Shown here: piece by piece, positions 1-17,387 of the stretch
How positions within the stretch are numbered: the first letter of the stretch is position 1
Layout: each line of letters starts with the position of its first letter
Notes under the pieces: generated by a model
Database searches by the model: none
What the model saw: only the letters and a program-made list of their open reading frames with translations
Told to the model about the DNA's origin: nothing
Made by a program: the position numbers and the translations under genes
Source: an uncultured bacterium
GTDB taxonomy: Bacteria; Chlamydiota; Chlamydiia; Chlamydiales; SM23-39
Assembly: GCA_964626905.1 (NCBI GenBank)
Contig: CAZVHA010000001.1
Span: forward strand, 65,294-129,293
Reading direction: 5' to 3'
Length of the DNA stretch: 64,000 nt

Positions 1-114
1 GAATTTGTTGAACCCCAATTCTAGGGTGCGTAGGTCCACTCCAAATGGCCCCTTCCCCCTCATATATTGCAATCATCAGACAAATAGGGTAACAAAAGGG
101 GAAATGGGTTAGCA

Positions 115-1821
115 ATGATTTCTTCTCTCTTCGCTGCGCTCCTCCTTTTTGCCCCCTCTCTCCCTGAAGAGGAGGGGATCCGCCGGGTACAGGCCCACCT
201 TTTGATCGACGATCCTTCCTCTGCTTTAAACGAGGCAAATGAACTCGCAACCCTTTACCCCGACTCGGTTGAAATTCAAAAAACCCTCATCCAAGCATTC
301 GCTGTCAATGGCTTAGAAGAGGAGGCGCTCGATCATTGGAACCAATTGACCTACAAAGACCCATCGCACCTCTATGATCGGAACCTTCTGGAAGAGCTCG
401 CCTGGGGAGTGCTCAAAAAGGGGACCCGCTCAACCCAGTACGGAGTGAGACTCGCAGCGGCCATCGGCTCTTTTTTAACGCGCGATGTGAGGGCAGTGCC
501 AATTTTGATCAAGATGATGCGTGATTCTAATGCGGTGATCCGTTCCGTCGCGATTCAGATGGCCTCCGCATTTCGGGACGCTCCATTGAAAGATGAGATC
601 GCGCGGCTCATGCGCGAGGAAAAGGTTTGGGTTGTGAGGCTCGAAGTGATCAAAGCGGCAGGTGCTTTGAGGATGAAAGAGCTCGCCCCCGAGATCCAAC
701 AGCTCGTCCAATCAGAAAAAACCCCCTTGGAAGAGAGACAAATTGCCATCGCCTCCCTCTTAGAGATGTACGATACCATATCTAAAGAAGAATTTGAAAG
801 GCTCGCGCGGAGTAACCGGGCCGGATTGAGACATTTGGCCTGTTCGATTGCCATCCATTTTCAAATGCAAGAGGTCAAAGAGGAGGTGCTGAGCCTCATC
901 CAAGACGCCCACCCGGCAGTGAGGATCGCTGCACTAAACGCATTTGGACTGCTCTATAAGGGAGAGGAAAAACAGATCGCAGCAGCTCTGCAAGATTCCG
1001 ATCCATCCGTTGCCATCACCGCAGCGTGGGCCGCCTTTCTCATCGATTCGCCCCTCGCGATGGCGACCATGGAAAAATGGCTTTTCGATGCGCTCCATGA
1101 AAATAGACGTTTTGCCGCTGCAGCGCTTCGCTCTGTCGGACACAAGGGGACAACTCTTGCCCTACAAACGATGGAAAAGAGCACCGACCCTTATGTGCAG
1201 GTGAATTTGGCACTCGGCCTTTTGGGACAAAGGGTCGAAGTGAAAAAATGTTCCGATCTCATTTGCCAGTTTTTAGAAAAAGAAAACCGGATGCTCATGC
1301 TCGACCAAAGACAAAACCCCCTATTCGAGGTACTCGCGCCAAGCGCTGTGCGCCATAACGATCAAACCCCCAATTTCCCCGAAGCACAAGACCAAATGAC
1401 TAGGCTAAATCTCGTCTCGCTCCTCGCCATTTTAGAGGATGAGAGGGCTTTGCCGGCGCTGAAAACCTTTTTGCAAAGAAAACATTGGGGTGTGACAGGG
1501 CTCGCCGCCGCAACCCTTCTTCATGAGGGAGACGACACCGCTCTCGAAGTGGTTAAAGAGCTCGTCCACGACCCCGATCCCAACATTCGGCTGCAAGCCT
1601 GTCTTGTATTAGCGATGTTTGGCAAAGACGAATCGGTCCTGCATGACCTCCAGGGAGCCTACGCAGGAGCCGATCACGAAAAAAAACTGCACATCCTCGA
1701 GGCGCTCGGCAGAATCGGCAACGCCCAGTCATATAGCTTCTTGGTCGGGGTGCTAAAAGAGCCGTTCCCGATCCTGCGCGTCGCCGCCGCCGCCGCTCTC
1801 ATCCAAAGTGTCAACCGGTAA
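115..1821 (+). CDS. HEAT/PBS-lyase-like repeat protein with hydrophobic N-terminus
   Basis: 568 aa ORF starting at ATG 115. It shows repeated 'D..VR..A..AL' helical-repeat motifs (e.g. DSNAVIRSVAIQMA, DAHPAVRIAALNAF, DPDPNIRLQACLVLAMFG) typical of HEAT repeats. Function unknown. Confidence 0.6.
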   Translation: MISSLFAALLLFAPSLPEEEGIRRVQAHLLIDDPSSALNEANELATLYPDSVEIQKTLIQAFAVNGLEEEALDHWNQLTYKDPSHLYDRNLLEELAWGVLKKGTRSTQYGVRLAAAIGSFLTRDVRAVPILIKMMRDSNAVIRSVAIQMASAFRDAPLKDEIARLMREEKVWVVRLEVIKAAGALRMKELAPEIQQLVQSEKTPLEERQIAIASLLEMYDTISKEEFERLARSNRAGLRHLACSIAIHFQMQEVKEEVLSLIQDAHPAVRIAALNAFGLLYKGEEKQIAAALQDSDPSVAITAAWAAFLIDSPLAMATMEKWLFDALHENRRFAAAALRSVGHKGTTLALQTMEKSTDPYVQVNLALGLLGQRVEVKKCSDLICQFLEKENRMLMLDQRQNPLFEVLAPSAVRHNDQTPNFPEAQDQMTRLNLVSLLAILEDERALPALKTFLQRKHWGVTGLAAATLLHEGDDTALEVVKELVHDPDPNIRLQACLVLAMFGKDESVLHDLQGAYAGADHEKKLHILEALGRIGNAQSYSFLVGVLKEPFPILRVAAAAALIQSVNR

Positions 1822-2737
1822 TTGCCCCTGGCAAAAGCTCTCGGCGCAAAAGGGCTAGGGATTTAGGACCGGTGGCTCCCGTTACCTTCTGTAGTATCGC
1901 CTGGAATTCCAATGGATCTCTTTCCAATTCTGGGTGAAAGTGAAAATAATCATCGTTTTTTCCACCATCATTAGAGTGTCCAAAAGTGCGTAATGCAAGT
2001 GACCTTGGGACGCATTTCCCTAGTCCTGTCATAGTCAAACTAAAAGGATCGACATCCAAGATCGTGTCTGTTGGTTTCTCAATAATACGCAAAAGGAGAG
2101 CGGTGCGGATGATGTCAGGAAGCATTTGGTCTTCCAATCGGTCGTGAGTCATTCGAGCGGTCTCATAGCGAATATGTAACTTGTCTTCTTCGGAAACGCC
2201 CCCCTCCTTTTTCCATTTTTGCTCTTGCTCCAACATTGCTTGCTCAGCTTTACAAAACGAAGATTGGGCACGGTCTATGAAACATTTTGTTTGAGCTATC
2301 AGGGGAAGAAGATCTCGGTAAGAGTGATTTAGTTGGGACTTGTCAAGCTCGTACTCATCAAAAAAAGCTTCGACATTTTTGCGCGTCCAAGGTTCTATCT
2401 GTTTTAGTTGCTTATAAACTTGCTCGCCAAACTCGGCGCGGGCTTTGTTGAGTCTAGACCACTGCGCCAGATACGTCGGGGCAAAGATCAAAAGGGGGGA
2501 TGCGAGAATGAGCCCAGCGAGGATCGCCGATGCCGCGCTTGTGACAACAATGACTTTATAAGAAATCGCAAGTGCCACAGCGCAGATGGCAACCAGGGCC
2601 ACATAGCAAATTTTTTCAAGGGCGCACTGGGCATTTGCCTTTCTTCTGAGATTTGCATTATTCGCCTCTAAAACCTGAAGCGCTGTCTTGCCCGGCTGTT
2701 TGAAATCGGTCACCAAGTGATGTCGTTGTATAGTCAT
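1811..2737 (-). CDS. hypothetical membrane protein, Inc-like (bilobed hydrophobic domain)
   Basis: 308 aa ORF. Two adjacent hydrophobic stretches (ICYVALVAICAVALAISYKVIVV / AASAILAGLILASPLLIFAPTYL) lie about 40 aa from the N-terminus and are followed by a long hydrophilic, coiled-coil-like tail. No recognisable enzyme motif. Confidence 0.5.
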   Translation of the reverse strand: MTIQRHHLVTDFKQPGKTALQVLEANNANLRRKANAQCALEKICYVALVAICAVALAISYKVIVVTSAASAILAGLILASPLLIFAPTYLAQWSRLNKARAEFGEQVYKQLKQIEPWTRKNVEAFFDEYELDKSQLNHSYRDLLPLIAQTKCFIDRAQSSFCKAEQAMLEQEQKWKKEGGVSEEDKLHIRYETARMTHDRLEDQMLPDIIRTALLLRIIEKPTDTILDVDPFSLTMTGLGKCVPRSLALRTFGHSNDGGKNDDYFHFHPELERDPLEFQAILQKVTGATGPKSLALLRRELLPGAITG

Positions 2738-2797
2738 AACCCTCCTAATGTAGCTAAACTTATACCAAAGACGCGTAAAGATAGCACCAAAAAAAGA

Positions 2798-3214
2798 TTA
2801 AAGCAAAGTTTTTAGTGCATCTCTTTTCATTTTGAGATGAATTTGAGCTAAGCCGTTGGATCTGTGTGGGGAAAGATTGGCTCCAATGCCGAGTTCTTCG
2901 ATAAAGAGGGGAGGGCATTTTAGGATTGTCTCGGCGGTTTCACCTGAATAGACGGCGATCATCAGGGCGGCAAGCCCTTTTGAGATGAGCGCATCGCCGT
3001 CGGCGTCAAAAAAACAGTTGCCATCTCGGACTGTGATTGCGAGATAGAGGGCGCTTTGGCACCCTTCCACTTTGCGCTCCCTCGTTTTCCATTCTTTCGG
3101 AAAAAGAGGGAGATTTTTGCCCATGCGGATGAGCTCTTGCATCCGCAATTCAGGGGAAAGGGGGGCAAATTTTTCCTTGATTTCCAAGCACTTTTTTTCG
3201 AATTCCTCATTCAT
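2798..3214 (-). CDS. sufE: SufE-family cysteine desulfuration (sulfur acceptor) protein
   Basis: 138 aa, the size of SufE. It has the conserved 'VEGCQS' active-site cysteine loop and C-terminal 'LSPHRSNGL' matching the SufE/YgdK family pattern. Confidence 0.8.
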   Translation of the reverse strand: MNEEFEKKCLEIKEKFAPLSPELRMQELIRMGKNLPLFPKEWKTRERKVEGCQSALYLAITVRDGNCFFDADGDALISKGLAALMIAVYSGETAETILKCPPLFIEELGIGANLSPHRSNGLAQIHLKMKRDALKTLL

Positions 3215-3311
3215 AGAGACCCAGAATTTTAGCAGAAGAAAGATTAATAGTCATTGACTATAATATACCCTTTCGGGTTACATTATGAGCATTTCCAAGA
3301 CAAAAAGCGAT

Positions 3312-3530
3312 ATGTCAAAAGAAGAAATGATCAAGATGGAGGGCAAGGTTGAAGAATTGCTCCCGAATATGAACTTCAGTGTGCTCCTCGAAAATGGGAT
3401 GCGCGTGATTGCCCATTTAAGCGGCAAAATGCGGATGCGCAACATCCGAGTTTATGCCGGGGACAATGTGACGGTCGAGATGTCTCCCTATGATTTGACG
3501 AAAGCCCGAATTGTGTATCGCCAGAAATAA
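3312..3530 (+). CDS. infA: translation initiation factor IF-1
   Basis: The sequence [51 protein letters not shown] matches IF-1 end to end. The ORF track starts at 3285, but the 72 aa form from ATG 3312 fits family length. Confidence 0.93.
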   Translation: MSKEEMIKMEGKVEELLPNMNFSVLLENGMRVIAHLSGKMRMRNIRVYAGDNVTVEMSPYDLTKARIVYRQK

Positions 3531-3553
3531 TTTTTTGAATTTTGGAAAAACAG

Positions 3554-3582
3554 TTGATTTTATTGCTCCAAGTCCATATGCT
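3554..3582 (+). promoter_or_regulatory. candidate sigma70-type promoter for tRNA-Thr/tuf
   Basis: TTGATT (3554-3559), a 17 nt spacer, then TATGCT (3577-3582), about 68 nt upstream of the tRNA. Confidence 0.35.
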
Positions 3583-3649
3583 TGTAAGCTTTTGAAACCT
3601 ATTACATGAGAGCCTCGGAAAAACTAGGTGAGGTTTTGCGAGGGTGAGC

Positions 3650-3721
3650 GCCCAGGTAGCTCAGTGGTAGAGCACTTGCATGGTAAGCAAGTGGTCGTAG
3701 GTTCAATTCCTATCTTGGGCA
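3650..3721 (+). tRNA. tRNA-Thr (anticodon GGU)
   Basis: A hand-folded cloverleaf fits. Acceptor GCCCAGG/CTTGGGC, D arm GCTC..GAGC, anticodon stem CTTGC/GCAAG with loop ATGGTAA, T arm GTAGG-TTCAATT-CCTAT. It sits in the classic position upstream of tuf. CCA is not encoded. Confidence 0.9.
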
Positions 3722-3797
3722 AGAGTGCCCCTGAAGAGACCTGAGTTGGGTGCGGGGCGAAAAAAAATTTCTAGAGCCGAATGGAGGAACTTTAACA

Positions 3798-4982
3798 ATG
3801 GCAAAAGAAGCATTTCAGAGAAACAAAACACACGTAAACATCGGTACAATTGGGCACGTCGACCACGGGAAGACAACGCTGACTGCTGCCATTACTAAGG
3901 TTTTGGCTGAAAAAGGTCAGGCAAAATTCCGAGACTACAGTTCGATCGACAACACACCTGAGGAAAAAGCGCGCGGGATTACGATCAACGCATCGCACGT
4001 GGAGTATGAGACAGCCAAGCGGCACTATGCACACGTCGACTGCCCGGGCCACGCTGACTATGTGAAGAACATGATCACGGGTGCGGCGCAAATGGACGGG
4101 GCGATTCTCGTCGTTGCGGCGACTGATGGTCCGATGCCACAAACGAAGGAACACATTCTCCTTGCCCGCCAAGTGGGTGTCCCTGCGATTGTCGTGTTCC
4201 TCAACAAGATGGACATGATCGGCAAGGGCGACGAGGAGCTCGTAGAACTCGTAGAAATGGAGTTGACAGAGCTTTTAGAGGCGAAAGGGTACAAAGGCGT
4301 TCCGATCATTCGAGGTTCTGCGCTGAAGGCGCTCGAAGGCGACCGGCACTATGTCGAGGCGATTTTGAAGCTGATGGATACGGTGGATGAGAAAATCCCA
4401 ACGCCGATCCGAGAAATTGATAAGCCATTCCTCATGCCAATCGAGGACGTCTTCTCGATTTCAGGCCGCGGTACAGTGGTCACAGGAAGGGTTGAGCGGG
4501 GCAAAATCAAAGTGAACGATAAGATCCAGCTCGTCGGAATCCGCGAAACACGCGACACTGTTGCGACCGGTCTTGAGATGTTCCAAAAGACTTTGGACGA
4601 GGCGCTCGCAGGAGAAAACGTCGGGGTCCTCTTGAGAAGCATTGAAAAGAACGATGTCGAGCGGGGAATGGTCCTCTCGGCCCCTGGAACATGTACGCCG
4701 CACACCAAATTTAAAGGAACTGTTTACGTGTTGACGAAAGATGAGGGGGGGCGCCATAAGCCTTTCTTCACCGGATATAGACCGCAGTTCTATTTCCGAA
4801 CGACCGACGTTACTGGAACAGTCGAACTTCCTCAAGGGACAGAGATGGTGATGCCAGGAGACAACGTAGAGATTACGGCAGAACTGATCAACCCGATTGC
4901 GATGGAAGAGGGAATGCGTTTTGCGATTCGCGAAGGTGGCCGTACGATCGGCGCTGGAACGATCTCAAAGATTTTGAAGTAA
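3798..4982 (+). CDS. tuf: elongation factor Tu
   Basis: [28 protein letters not shown].., DCPGHADY and NKMD motifs are present. It is 394 aa from ATG 3798; the ORF-track start at 3750 is an upstream in-frame extension. Confidence 0.97.
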   Translation: MAKEAFQRNKTHVNIGTIGHVDHGKTTLTAAITKVLAEKGQAKFRDYSSIDNTPEEKARGITINASHVEYETAKRHYAHVDCPGHADYVKNMITGAAQMDGAILVVAATDGPMPQTKEHILLARQVGVPAIVVFLNKMDMIGKGDEELVELVEMELTELLEAKGYKGVPIIRGSALKALEGDRHYVEAILKLMDTVDEKIPTPIREIDKPFLMPIEDVFSISGRGTVVTGRVERGKIKVNDKIQLVGIRETRDTVATGLEMFQKTLDEALAGENVGVLLRSIEKNDVERGMVLSAPGTCTPHTKFKGTVYVLTKDEGGRHKPFFTGYRPQFYFRTTDVTGTVELPQGTEMVMPGDNVEITAELINPIAMEEGMRFAIREGGRTIGAGTISKILK

Positions 4983-5031
4983 TTTGAAATAAAAGGGCGA
5001 TGGGGGAGCTATTCCCCCCCTTTGCCCATTT

Positions 5032-5104
5032 GGGTGTGTAGCTCAGCTGGTAGAGCAGCGATCTCCAAAGTCGCCGGTCGGGGGTTCAAATCCCTCCGCA
5101 CTCG
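5032..5104 (+). tRNA. tRNA-Trp (anticodon CCA)
   Basis: Cloverleaf: D arm GCTC/GAGC, anticodon stem GCGAT/GTCGC with loop CTCCAAA, T arm GGGGG-TTCAAAT-CCCTC, and an acceptor stem with several G-U pairs. It sits in the conserved position between tuf and secE. Confidence 0.85.
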
Positions 5105-5132
5105 AAGATTCGGAGTGAAACAAGGGGGGAAG

Positions 5133-5354
5133 ATGTCGGCGATTGTGGGCGAGAAAAAAAAGAGTTCCTATTTCCGGGAGGTGCAAGGCGAGCTGAAGAA
5201 GGTGAGCTGGACCTCTAAACAGGAGCTTATTTTTTGTACCAAGGCGGTGATCTTTGCGACATTTGCGTTTGGTCTTGCGATTTATGCTGTCGATTTAGGG
5301 ATTCGAGGCATATTGGAGATGGCGACCAGTATTGTTCATAGGATTTTTGGGTGA
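5133..5354 (+). CDS. secE: preprotein translocase subunit SecE
   Basis: 73 aa from ATG 5133, preceded by GGGGGA. It has a single C-terminal TM helix (AVIFATFAFGLAIYAVDLGI) and lies directly upstream of nusG. The longer ORF-track start would run through the tRNA. Confidence 0.85.
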   Translation: MSAIVGEKKKSSYFREVQGELKKVSWTSKQELIFCTKAVIFATFAFGLAIYAVDLGIRGILEMATSIVHRIFG

Positions 5355-5360
5355 GAAAGT

Positions 5361-5906
5361 ATGCATAAGTGGTATGTCGTTCAAGTGATGTCGAGCCATG
5401 AGAAGAAGGTGAAGAAGGCGATTGAAGAATATCTTCAGGCGCGCGGGCTTGCAGATGACATTGTTGAAATCTTAATTCCTACAGAAAACATCTCCGAAGT
5501 GAAAAGGGGACAGCAAAAAATCAGTGAAAAGAGGATGTGGCCGGGCTATCTTATGGTCCGCATGAATTTGACCGACGAGTCTTGGGCCTACATCAAAGAT
5601 ACCCCTGGAGTGATCGACTTCTTAGGGGGAGAAAAACCGGCCCCGCTCACCGAGAAAGAGGTGAACGACATCATGAAAGAGCTCGAAGATCGGCAAAAAG
5701 GGGTCGTGCAAAAACATAAGGTCGAAGTGGGCGACCGGGTCAAGATTACCGATGGAGTGTTTGTCAACTTTATCGGCACCGTGACCGAAGTGAACCACGA
5801 AAAAGGAAGACTCAGCGTAATGGTCTCGATCTTTGGTCGGGATACGCGGGTCGATGACCTCGAATTCTGGCAGGTGGAACAGACAACTGCAGAGAATACG
5901 GGGTAA
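5361..5906 (+). CDS. nusG: transcription termination/antitermination factor NusG
   Basis: 181 aa starting 'KWYVVQV.SSHEKKV' (NGN domain), with a C-terminal KOW motif (GDRVKITDGVFVNFIGTV). Confidence 0.95.
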   Translation: MHKWYVVQVMSSHEKKVKKAIEEYLQARGLADDIVEILIPTENISEVKRGQQKISEKRMWPGYLMVRMNLTDESWAYIKDTPGVIDFLGGEKPAPLTEKEVNDIMKELEDRQKGVVQKHKVEVGDRVKITDGVFVNFIGTVTEVNHEKGRLSVMVSIFGRDTRVDDLEFWQVEQTTAENTG

Positions 5907-5912
5907 TGGGGA

Positions 5913-5933
5913 GAAGGGCCCTAAGGGCCCTTC
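5913..5933 (+). promoter_or_regulatory. perfect 9 bp hairpin in the nusG-rplK spacer
   Basis: GAAGGGCCC-TAA-GGGCCCTTC. There is no downstream T-tract, so it is not a canonical terminator. It could be an attenuator or part of the L11-operon leader. Confidence 0.3.
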
Positions 5934-5959
5934 GATAAGACTCAAAACAAGGAAACTCG

Positions 5960-6388
5960 ATGGCGAAAAAACTAGTTAAGCAGATTAAACTGCAAATTCC
6001 TGCAGGGAAAGCCAATCCGGCCCCGCCGATTGGCCCCGCTTTGGGATCGGCCGGGATCAATATCATGGCCTTCTGCAAGGAATTCAATGCGAAGACGCAA
6101 GACCAGGGGGGCGATATATTGCCCGTCGTGATCAGCGTCTATTCGGATAAATCGTTTACATTCATTACTCGCAAGCCGCCCGTATCGCGGATGATCTTGA
6201 AGGAGCTGGGACTCGAATCGGGTTCTAAAGTTCCGAACCGAGATAAAGTGGGTAAATTAACTCGATCGCAAGTGAAAAAAATCGCCAAGGCGAAAGTCGA
6301 AGACATGCGCATTGTCACAGAGGAAGCTGCTGAGATGATGGTGATGGGAACGGCTCGCTCAATGGGCGTAGATATTGTGGAAGGGTAA
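5960..6388 (+). CDS. rplK: 50S ribosomal protein L11
   Basis: 142 aa; '[21 protein letters not shown]' is the L11 signature. Confidence 0.97.
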   Translation: MAKKLVKQIKLQIPAGKANPAPPIGPALGSAGINIMAFCKEFNAKTQDQGGDILPVVISVYSDKSFTFITRKPPVSRMILKELGLESGSKVPNRDKVGKLTRSQVKKIAKAKVEDMRIVTEEAAEMMVMGTARSMGVDIVEG

Positions 6389-6389
6389 G

Positions 6390-7091
6390 ATGGGAAAACG
6401 ATCCAAGAGAATGAAGAAGATCGACGAGATGATCGATCGAGAAAAAATCTACAAGTTGGAAGAGGCGGTAGAGCTTTTGAAAAAGTGTCCCGCACCCAAG
6501 TTTGACCAGTCACTCAATGCCGCACTCGCCATTGGAATCGATCCGAAAAAATCGGATCAACAGGTGCGAGGCACTGTCTCTTTGCCCCACGGAACGGGAC
6601 AAAAGGTGGTGGTGATCGTCATTGCGAAAGGGGACAAAGCGAAAGAGGCGCTCGATGCAGGGGCCGACTTTGCAGGGGCCGAAGAGTATATTGAAAAAAT
6701 TAAAGGCGGATGGACCGATTTTTCCTCGCTGATCGCAACTCCAGACATGATGAGAGAGCTCGGAAAGCTGGGAAAGGTATTGGGGCCTCGCGGACTCATG
6801 CCGACACCCAAAGCGGGCACTGTCACAGCCGATGTCGCGAAAGCGGTTCGGGAAGTGAAAGGGGGAAAAATTGAGTATAAAGTCGACAAAACGGGAAATG
6901 TCAACAATGCTGTTGGCAAACTCTCTTTTAAGGCAGAACAGTTGGTGGACAATTTGAACACTTACCTCGGCGCGATTGCGAAATCGAAGCCTGCAAGCTC
7001 GAAAGGGGCCTTTTTGAGAAGTTTGTACCTCTCAACGACGATGGGACCCGGCTTGAAAATCGACCTACAATCCATCGCGTCATTGGCATAA
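6390..7091 (+). CDS. rplA: 50S ribosomal protein L1
   Basis: 233 aa from ATG 6390, immediately after the rplK stop. 'GTVSLPHGTGK' and 'LGPRGLMP.PK.GT' motifs are present. Confidence 0.95.
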   Translation: MGKRSKRMKKIDEMIDREKIYKLEEAVELLKKCPAPKFDQSLNAALAIGIDPKKSDQQVRGTVSLPHGTGQKVVVIVIAKGDKAKEALDAGADFAGAEEYIEKIKGGWTDFSSLIATPDMMRELGKLGKVLGPRGLMPTPKAGTVTADVAKAVREVKGGKIEYKVDKTGNVNNAVGKLSFKAEQLVDNLNTYLGAIAKSKPASSKGAFLRSLYLSTTMGPGLKIDLQSIASLA

Positions 7092-7103
7092 AGGAGAAGT
7101 TAC

Positions 7104-7607
7104 ATGAGAAAAGAAAAACCGCTCCTCCTCGATGAGATCCGAGAGAAGATCGACTCCTCAAAGGCGATGATTGTCGCGAAGTATGATAAATTGGAACCCA
7201 ATACCTCTTGGGAATTCCGAGGACTTTTGCGCGCATCTGGAAGCCAATTTGAAGTTGTGAAAAAAAGGCTATTTGTAAAAGCGACTAAAGATGCAGGGAT
7301 CGCATTCGATCCAAGCGCTTTTCAAGGCCACATTGCCGTTGTTTTTGTAGGCGGGGAAGATGCAATGCCCGCAGCGAAGACAGTGTTCAAATTTTCAGAA
7401 GAGCATGGAAATTTGCTCCAGGTCATTTGTTCGCACTTTGAAGGGCGAATCATCCCTGGTACCGAGTTAGAAGAACTTTCTAAGCTACCTGGCATGGACG
7501 AAATGAGGGCGATACTGCTCGCGCTATTTACATCGCCAATGTCCCAAATGCTCTCCGTGATGGAAGCAGCGATTGCCGGTCCGCTTGGAAATAAAAGTGA
7601 AAGTTAA
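7104..7607 (+). CDS. rplJ: 50S ribosomal protein L10
   Basis: 167 aa, positioned between rplA and rplL, with L10-like N-terminal region. Confidence 0.9.
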   Translation: MRKEKPLLLDEIREKIDSSKAMIVAKYDKLEPNTSWEFRGLLRASGSQFEVVKKRLFVKATKDAGIAFDPSAFQGHIAVVFVGGEDAMPAAKTVFKFSEEHGNLLQVICSHFEGRIIPGTELEELSKLPGMDEMRAILLALFTSPMSQMLSVMEAAIAGPLGNKSES

Positions 7608-7628
7608 AGTTTTAGGAGAAAGAAACCC

Positions 7629-8021
7629 ATGAGTCAACAATTAGAAGAGCTGGTAGATAAATTGAGCCAATTATCGGTCCTCGATATGGCAAAACTAAAG
7701 GAAAAACTGGAAGCGAAATGGGGAGTGAAAGCAGCCGTTGCTGTAGCCGCAGCACCAGGTGGCGCTCCCGCAGCGGGAGGAGCTCCTGCTGCCGAGGCAA
7801 CCGACTATAAGGTGACCCTCGAAGGCCCAATACCCGATGACAAAAAGATCTCTGTCATCAAAGTTGTGCGCGAAGTGACAGGTCTCGGCCTCAAAGAGGC
7901 AAAAGATCTCGTCGAAGGTGCGCCCAAAGATTTGAAGCTATCAGTGCCCAAAGCAGAAGCGGAAGAGATCAAGAAAAAAGTAGAGACTGCTGGTGGAAAG
8001 GTCAAATTGACGGGCCTGTAA
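7629..8021 (+). CDS. rplL: 50S ribosomal protein L7/L12
   Basis: 130 aa with an Ala/Pro-rich hinge and a C-terminal '[25 protein letters not shown]' signature. Confidence 0.97.
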   Translation: MSQQLEELVDKLSQLSVLDMAKLKEKLEAKWGVKAAVAVAAAPGGAPAAGGAPAAEATDYKVTLEGPIPDDKKISVIKVVREVTGLGLKEAKDLVEGAPKDLKLSVPKAEAEEIKKKVETAGGKVKLTGL

Positions 8022-8064
8022 AAAGTTGCATAAAAAAAGTTTGCAATTGCGTTATGATGTCAGT

Positions 8065-8103
8065 GCGGGGGGTTTTATCCCCCGGCTGATTTGTTTTATT
8101 TTG
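8065..8103 (+). terminator. rplL-rpoB intergenic stem-loop with T-rich tail (attenuator/terminator)
   Basis: The stem GCGGGGGG-TTTTAT-CCCCCGGC has one mismatch and is followed by TGATTTGTTTTATTTT. Partial termination between rplL and rpoB is known in other bacteria. Confidence 0.5.
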
Positions 8104-8125
8104 AAAAATTCTGAGGAGCTGCCCC

Positions 8126-11884
<3,759 letters not shown>

Positions 11885-11905
11885 AGAATGGGGAGAAGTA
11901 AATAG

Positions 11906-16087
<4,182 letters not shown>

Positions 16088-16105
16088 AAATGGGGGCCCC
16101 GATGA

Positions 16106-16483
16106 TCAAATCGGGGCCGACCTTTGAATAGTTCGCACGCGGCCTGCCAAACGGGGCGGAAAATGCCAAGAACAAACATAACGGAGGAGGGCTGTTGCAG
16201 AAATTGCTAAGGCAATCCCTTGGATTTGCGCTATGCGTAAGTCGAGATTTTGATCCACTCTTCCGTACAGTTGTTTTACAGTAGTGTGAACTTGACGAGA
16301 ACCCAAGAGAATCCAGAGACACTTTGTATTTACATCAAAGTGAGGTGCAATAAACCCCGTTGTGATGAGGGCAATTCCTGTAAAGAATCCTAATTTTTCA
16401 AGGGGATTCATCGCATGCCAAACACCTATAGCATTCATCAGCTTCCTCTCCCAAAAATTATTTGGGAAGAGGTTATACAACAT
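16106..16483 (-). CDS. hypothetical small membrane protein (weak call)
   Basis: 125 aa ORF downstream of ftsY on the same strand. It has one clear hydrophobic segment (LGFFTGIALITTGFIAP). I recognise no family, and the start is uncertain. Confidence 0.3.
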   Translation of the reverse strand: MLYNLFPNNFWERKLMNAIGVWHAMNPLEKLGFFTGIALITTGFIAPHFDVNTKCLWILLGSRQVHTTVKQLYGRVDQNLDLRIAQIQGIALAISATALLRYVCSWHFPPRLAGRVRTIQRSAPI

Positions 16484-16489
16484 ATGTCC

Positions 16490-17368
16490 TCAATTGACAA
16501 GAGCAGACACGTAACTTTGGGGATCAAAGGGCTCCAAATCTTCTGCGCTTTCTCCCGTACCCACCCACTGGATGGGGATGTTGAGCTCTCTTTGGATTGC
16601 AATGGCAATTCCCCCTTTTGCCGAGCCGTCGAGTTTTGTCAAAACGATTCCCGTAAGGGGGGTAAACTGGTGGAATGTTTTAGCCTGATCGATTGCATTG
16701 GCTCCGATGGTTGCATCGACTACAAGGAGAGTCTCATGCGGTGCATCAGATATCTGTTTTTGACAGACCCGCCTCACTTTGGCAAGTTCGTGCATGAGGT
16801 CGGTCTTTGTCTGGAGCCTTCCCGCAGTATCGATCAAGACGATATCGACCCCGCGCGCGATGCCGGCTGCTACTGCATCAAATGCGACGCCTGATGGGTC
16901 GCTCCCGGGCAATGCTTTGACGATATCGACTCCGACCCGTTTGGCCCAAGCGTCCAGTTGATCGATTGCAGCGGCCCGAAAGGTGTCGCCCGCGGCGATG
17001 AGCACCTTTTTCTTTTCTCGAACGTAGTGGGCGGCCAATTTGGCCAAAGTGGTCGTCTTGCCGCTCCCATTGACCCCGACGAGGAGGATGACATGCGGTT
17101 TTGCCCCTTGGATCGGTTTGGAGGAAATCATCCCCTTGAGCAGCTCCTCTTTGACAAACGAGAGGATCTCATCGGTTGTGATTTTCAAATTTTTTTTATA
17201 GAGTTCTCGGATTTTTTCGACGAGGATCTGAGAGGTTTGAGCCCCCAAATCTGCCTCGTAAAAAATTTGTTCTAGTTGTTCAAGTGACGCATTGTCAATC
17301 CCTTTAGAAAAAAGGGCCCGGATCTTCTTGGTAAAAGGGGAGACAATTCTCTTTAAAAAGGCGAACAT
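16490..17368 (-). CDS. ftsY: signal recognition particle receptor FtsY
   Basis: 292 aa with SRP-GTPase motifs GVNGSGKTTT, DTAGR and TKLDG. Confidence 0.95.
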   Translation of the reverse strand: MFAFLKRIVSPFTKKIRALFSKGIDNASLEQLEQIFYEADLGAQTSQILVEKIRELYKKNLKITTDEILSFVKEELLKGMISSKPIQGAKPHVILLVGVNGSGKTTTLAKLAAHYVREKKKVLIAAGDTFRAAAIDQLDAWAKRVGVDIVKALPGSDPSGVAFDAVAAGIARGVDIVLIDTAGRLQTKTDLMHELAKVRRVCQKQISDAPHETLLVVDATIGANAIDQAKTFHQFTPLTGIVLTKLDGSAKGGIAIAIQRELNIPIQWVGTGESAEDLEPFDPQSYVSALVN

Positions 17369-17387
17369 GGCCTCGATTATACATCAC

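Noticed and set aside
4983-5031. Possible intrinsic terminators after tuf (GGGGGAG..TCCCCCC), rpoC (16095-16125) and parC (47295-47320)
   Set aside because: The stems are short or imperfect and lack convincing T-tracts. They are too weak to annotate as features.
5022-5132. N-terminal extension of the secE ORF (and similarly tuf from 3750, infA from 3285, valS from 38949)
   Set aside because: The secE extension runs through tRNA-Trp. For the others, family-length alignment and RBS placement favour the internal starts. The ORF track reports the longest frame, including non-ATG starts.
16415-16894. 159 aa plus-strand ORF overlapping ftsY
   Set aside because: It is antisense to the well-supported FtsY GTPase domain and has no independent support.
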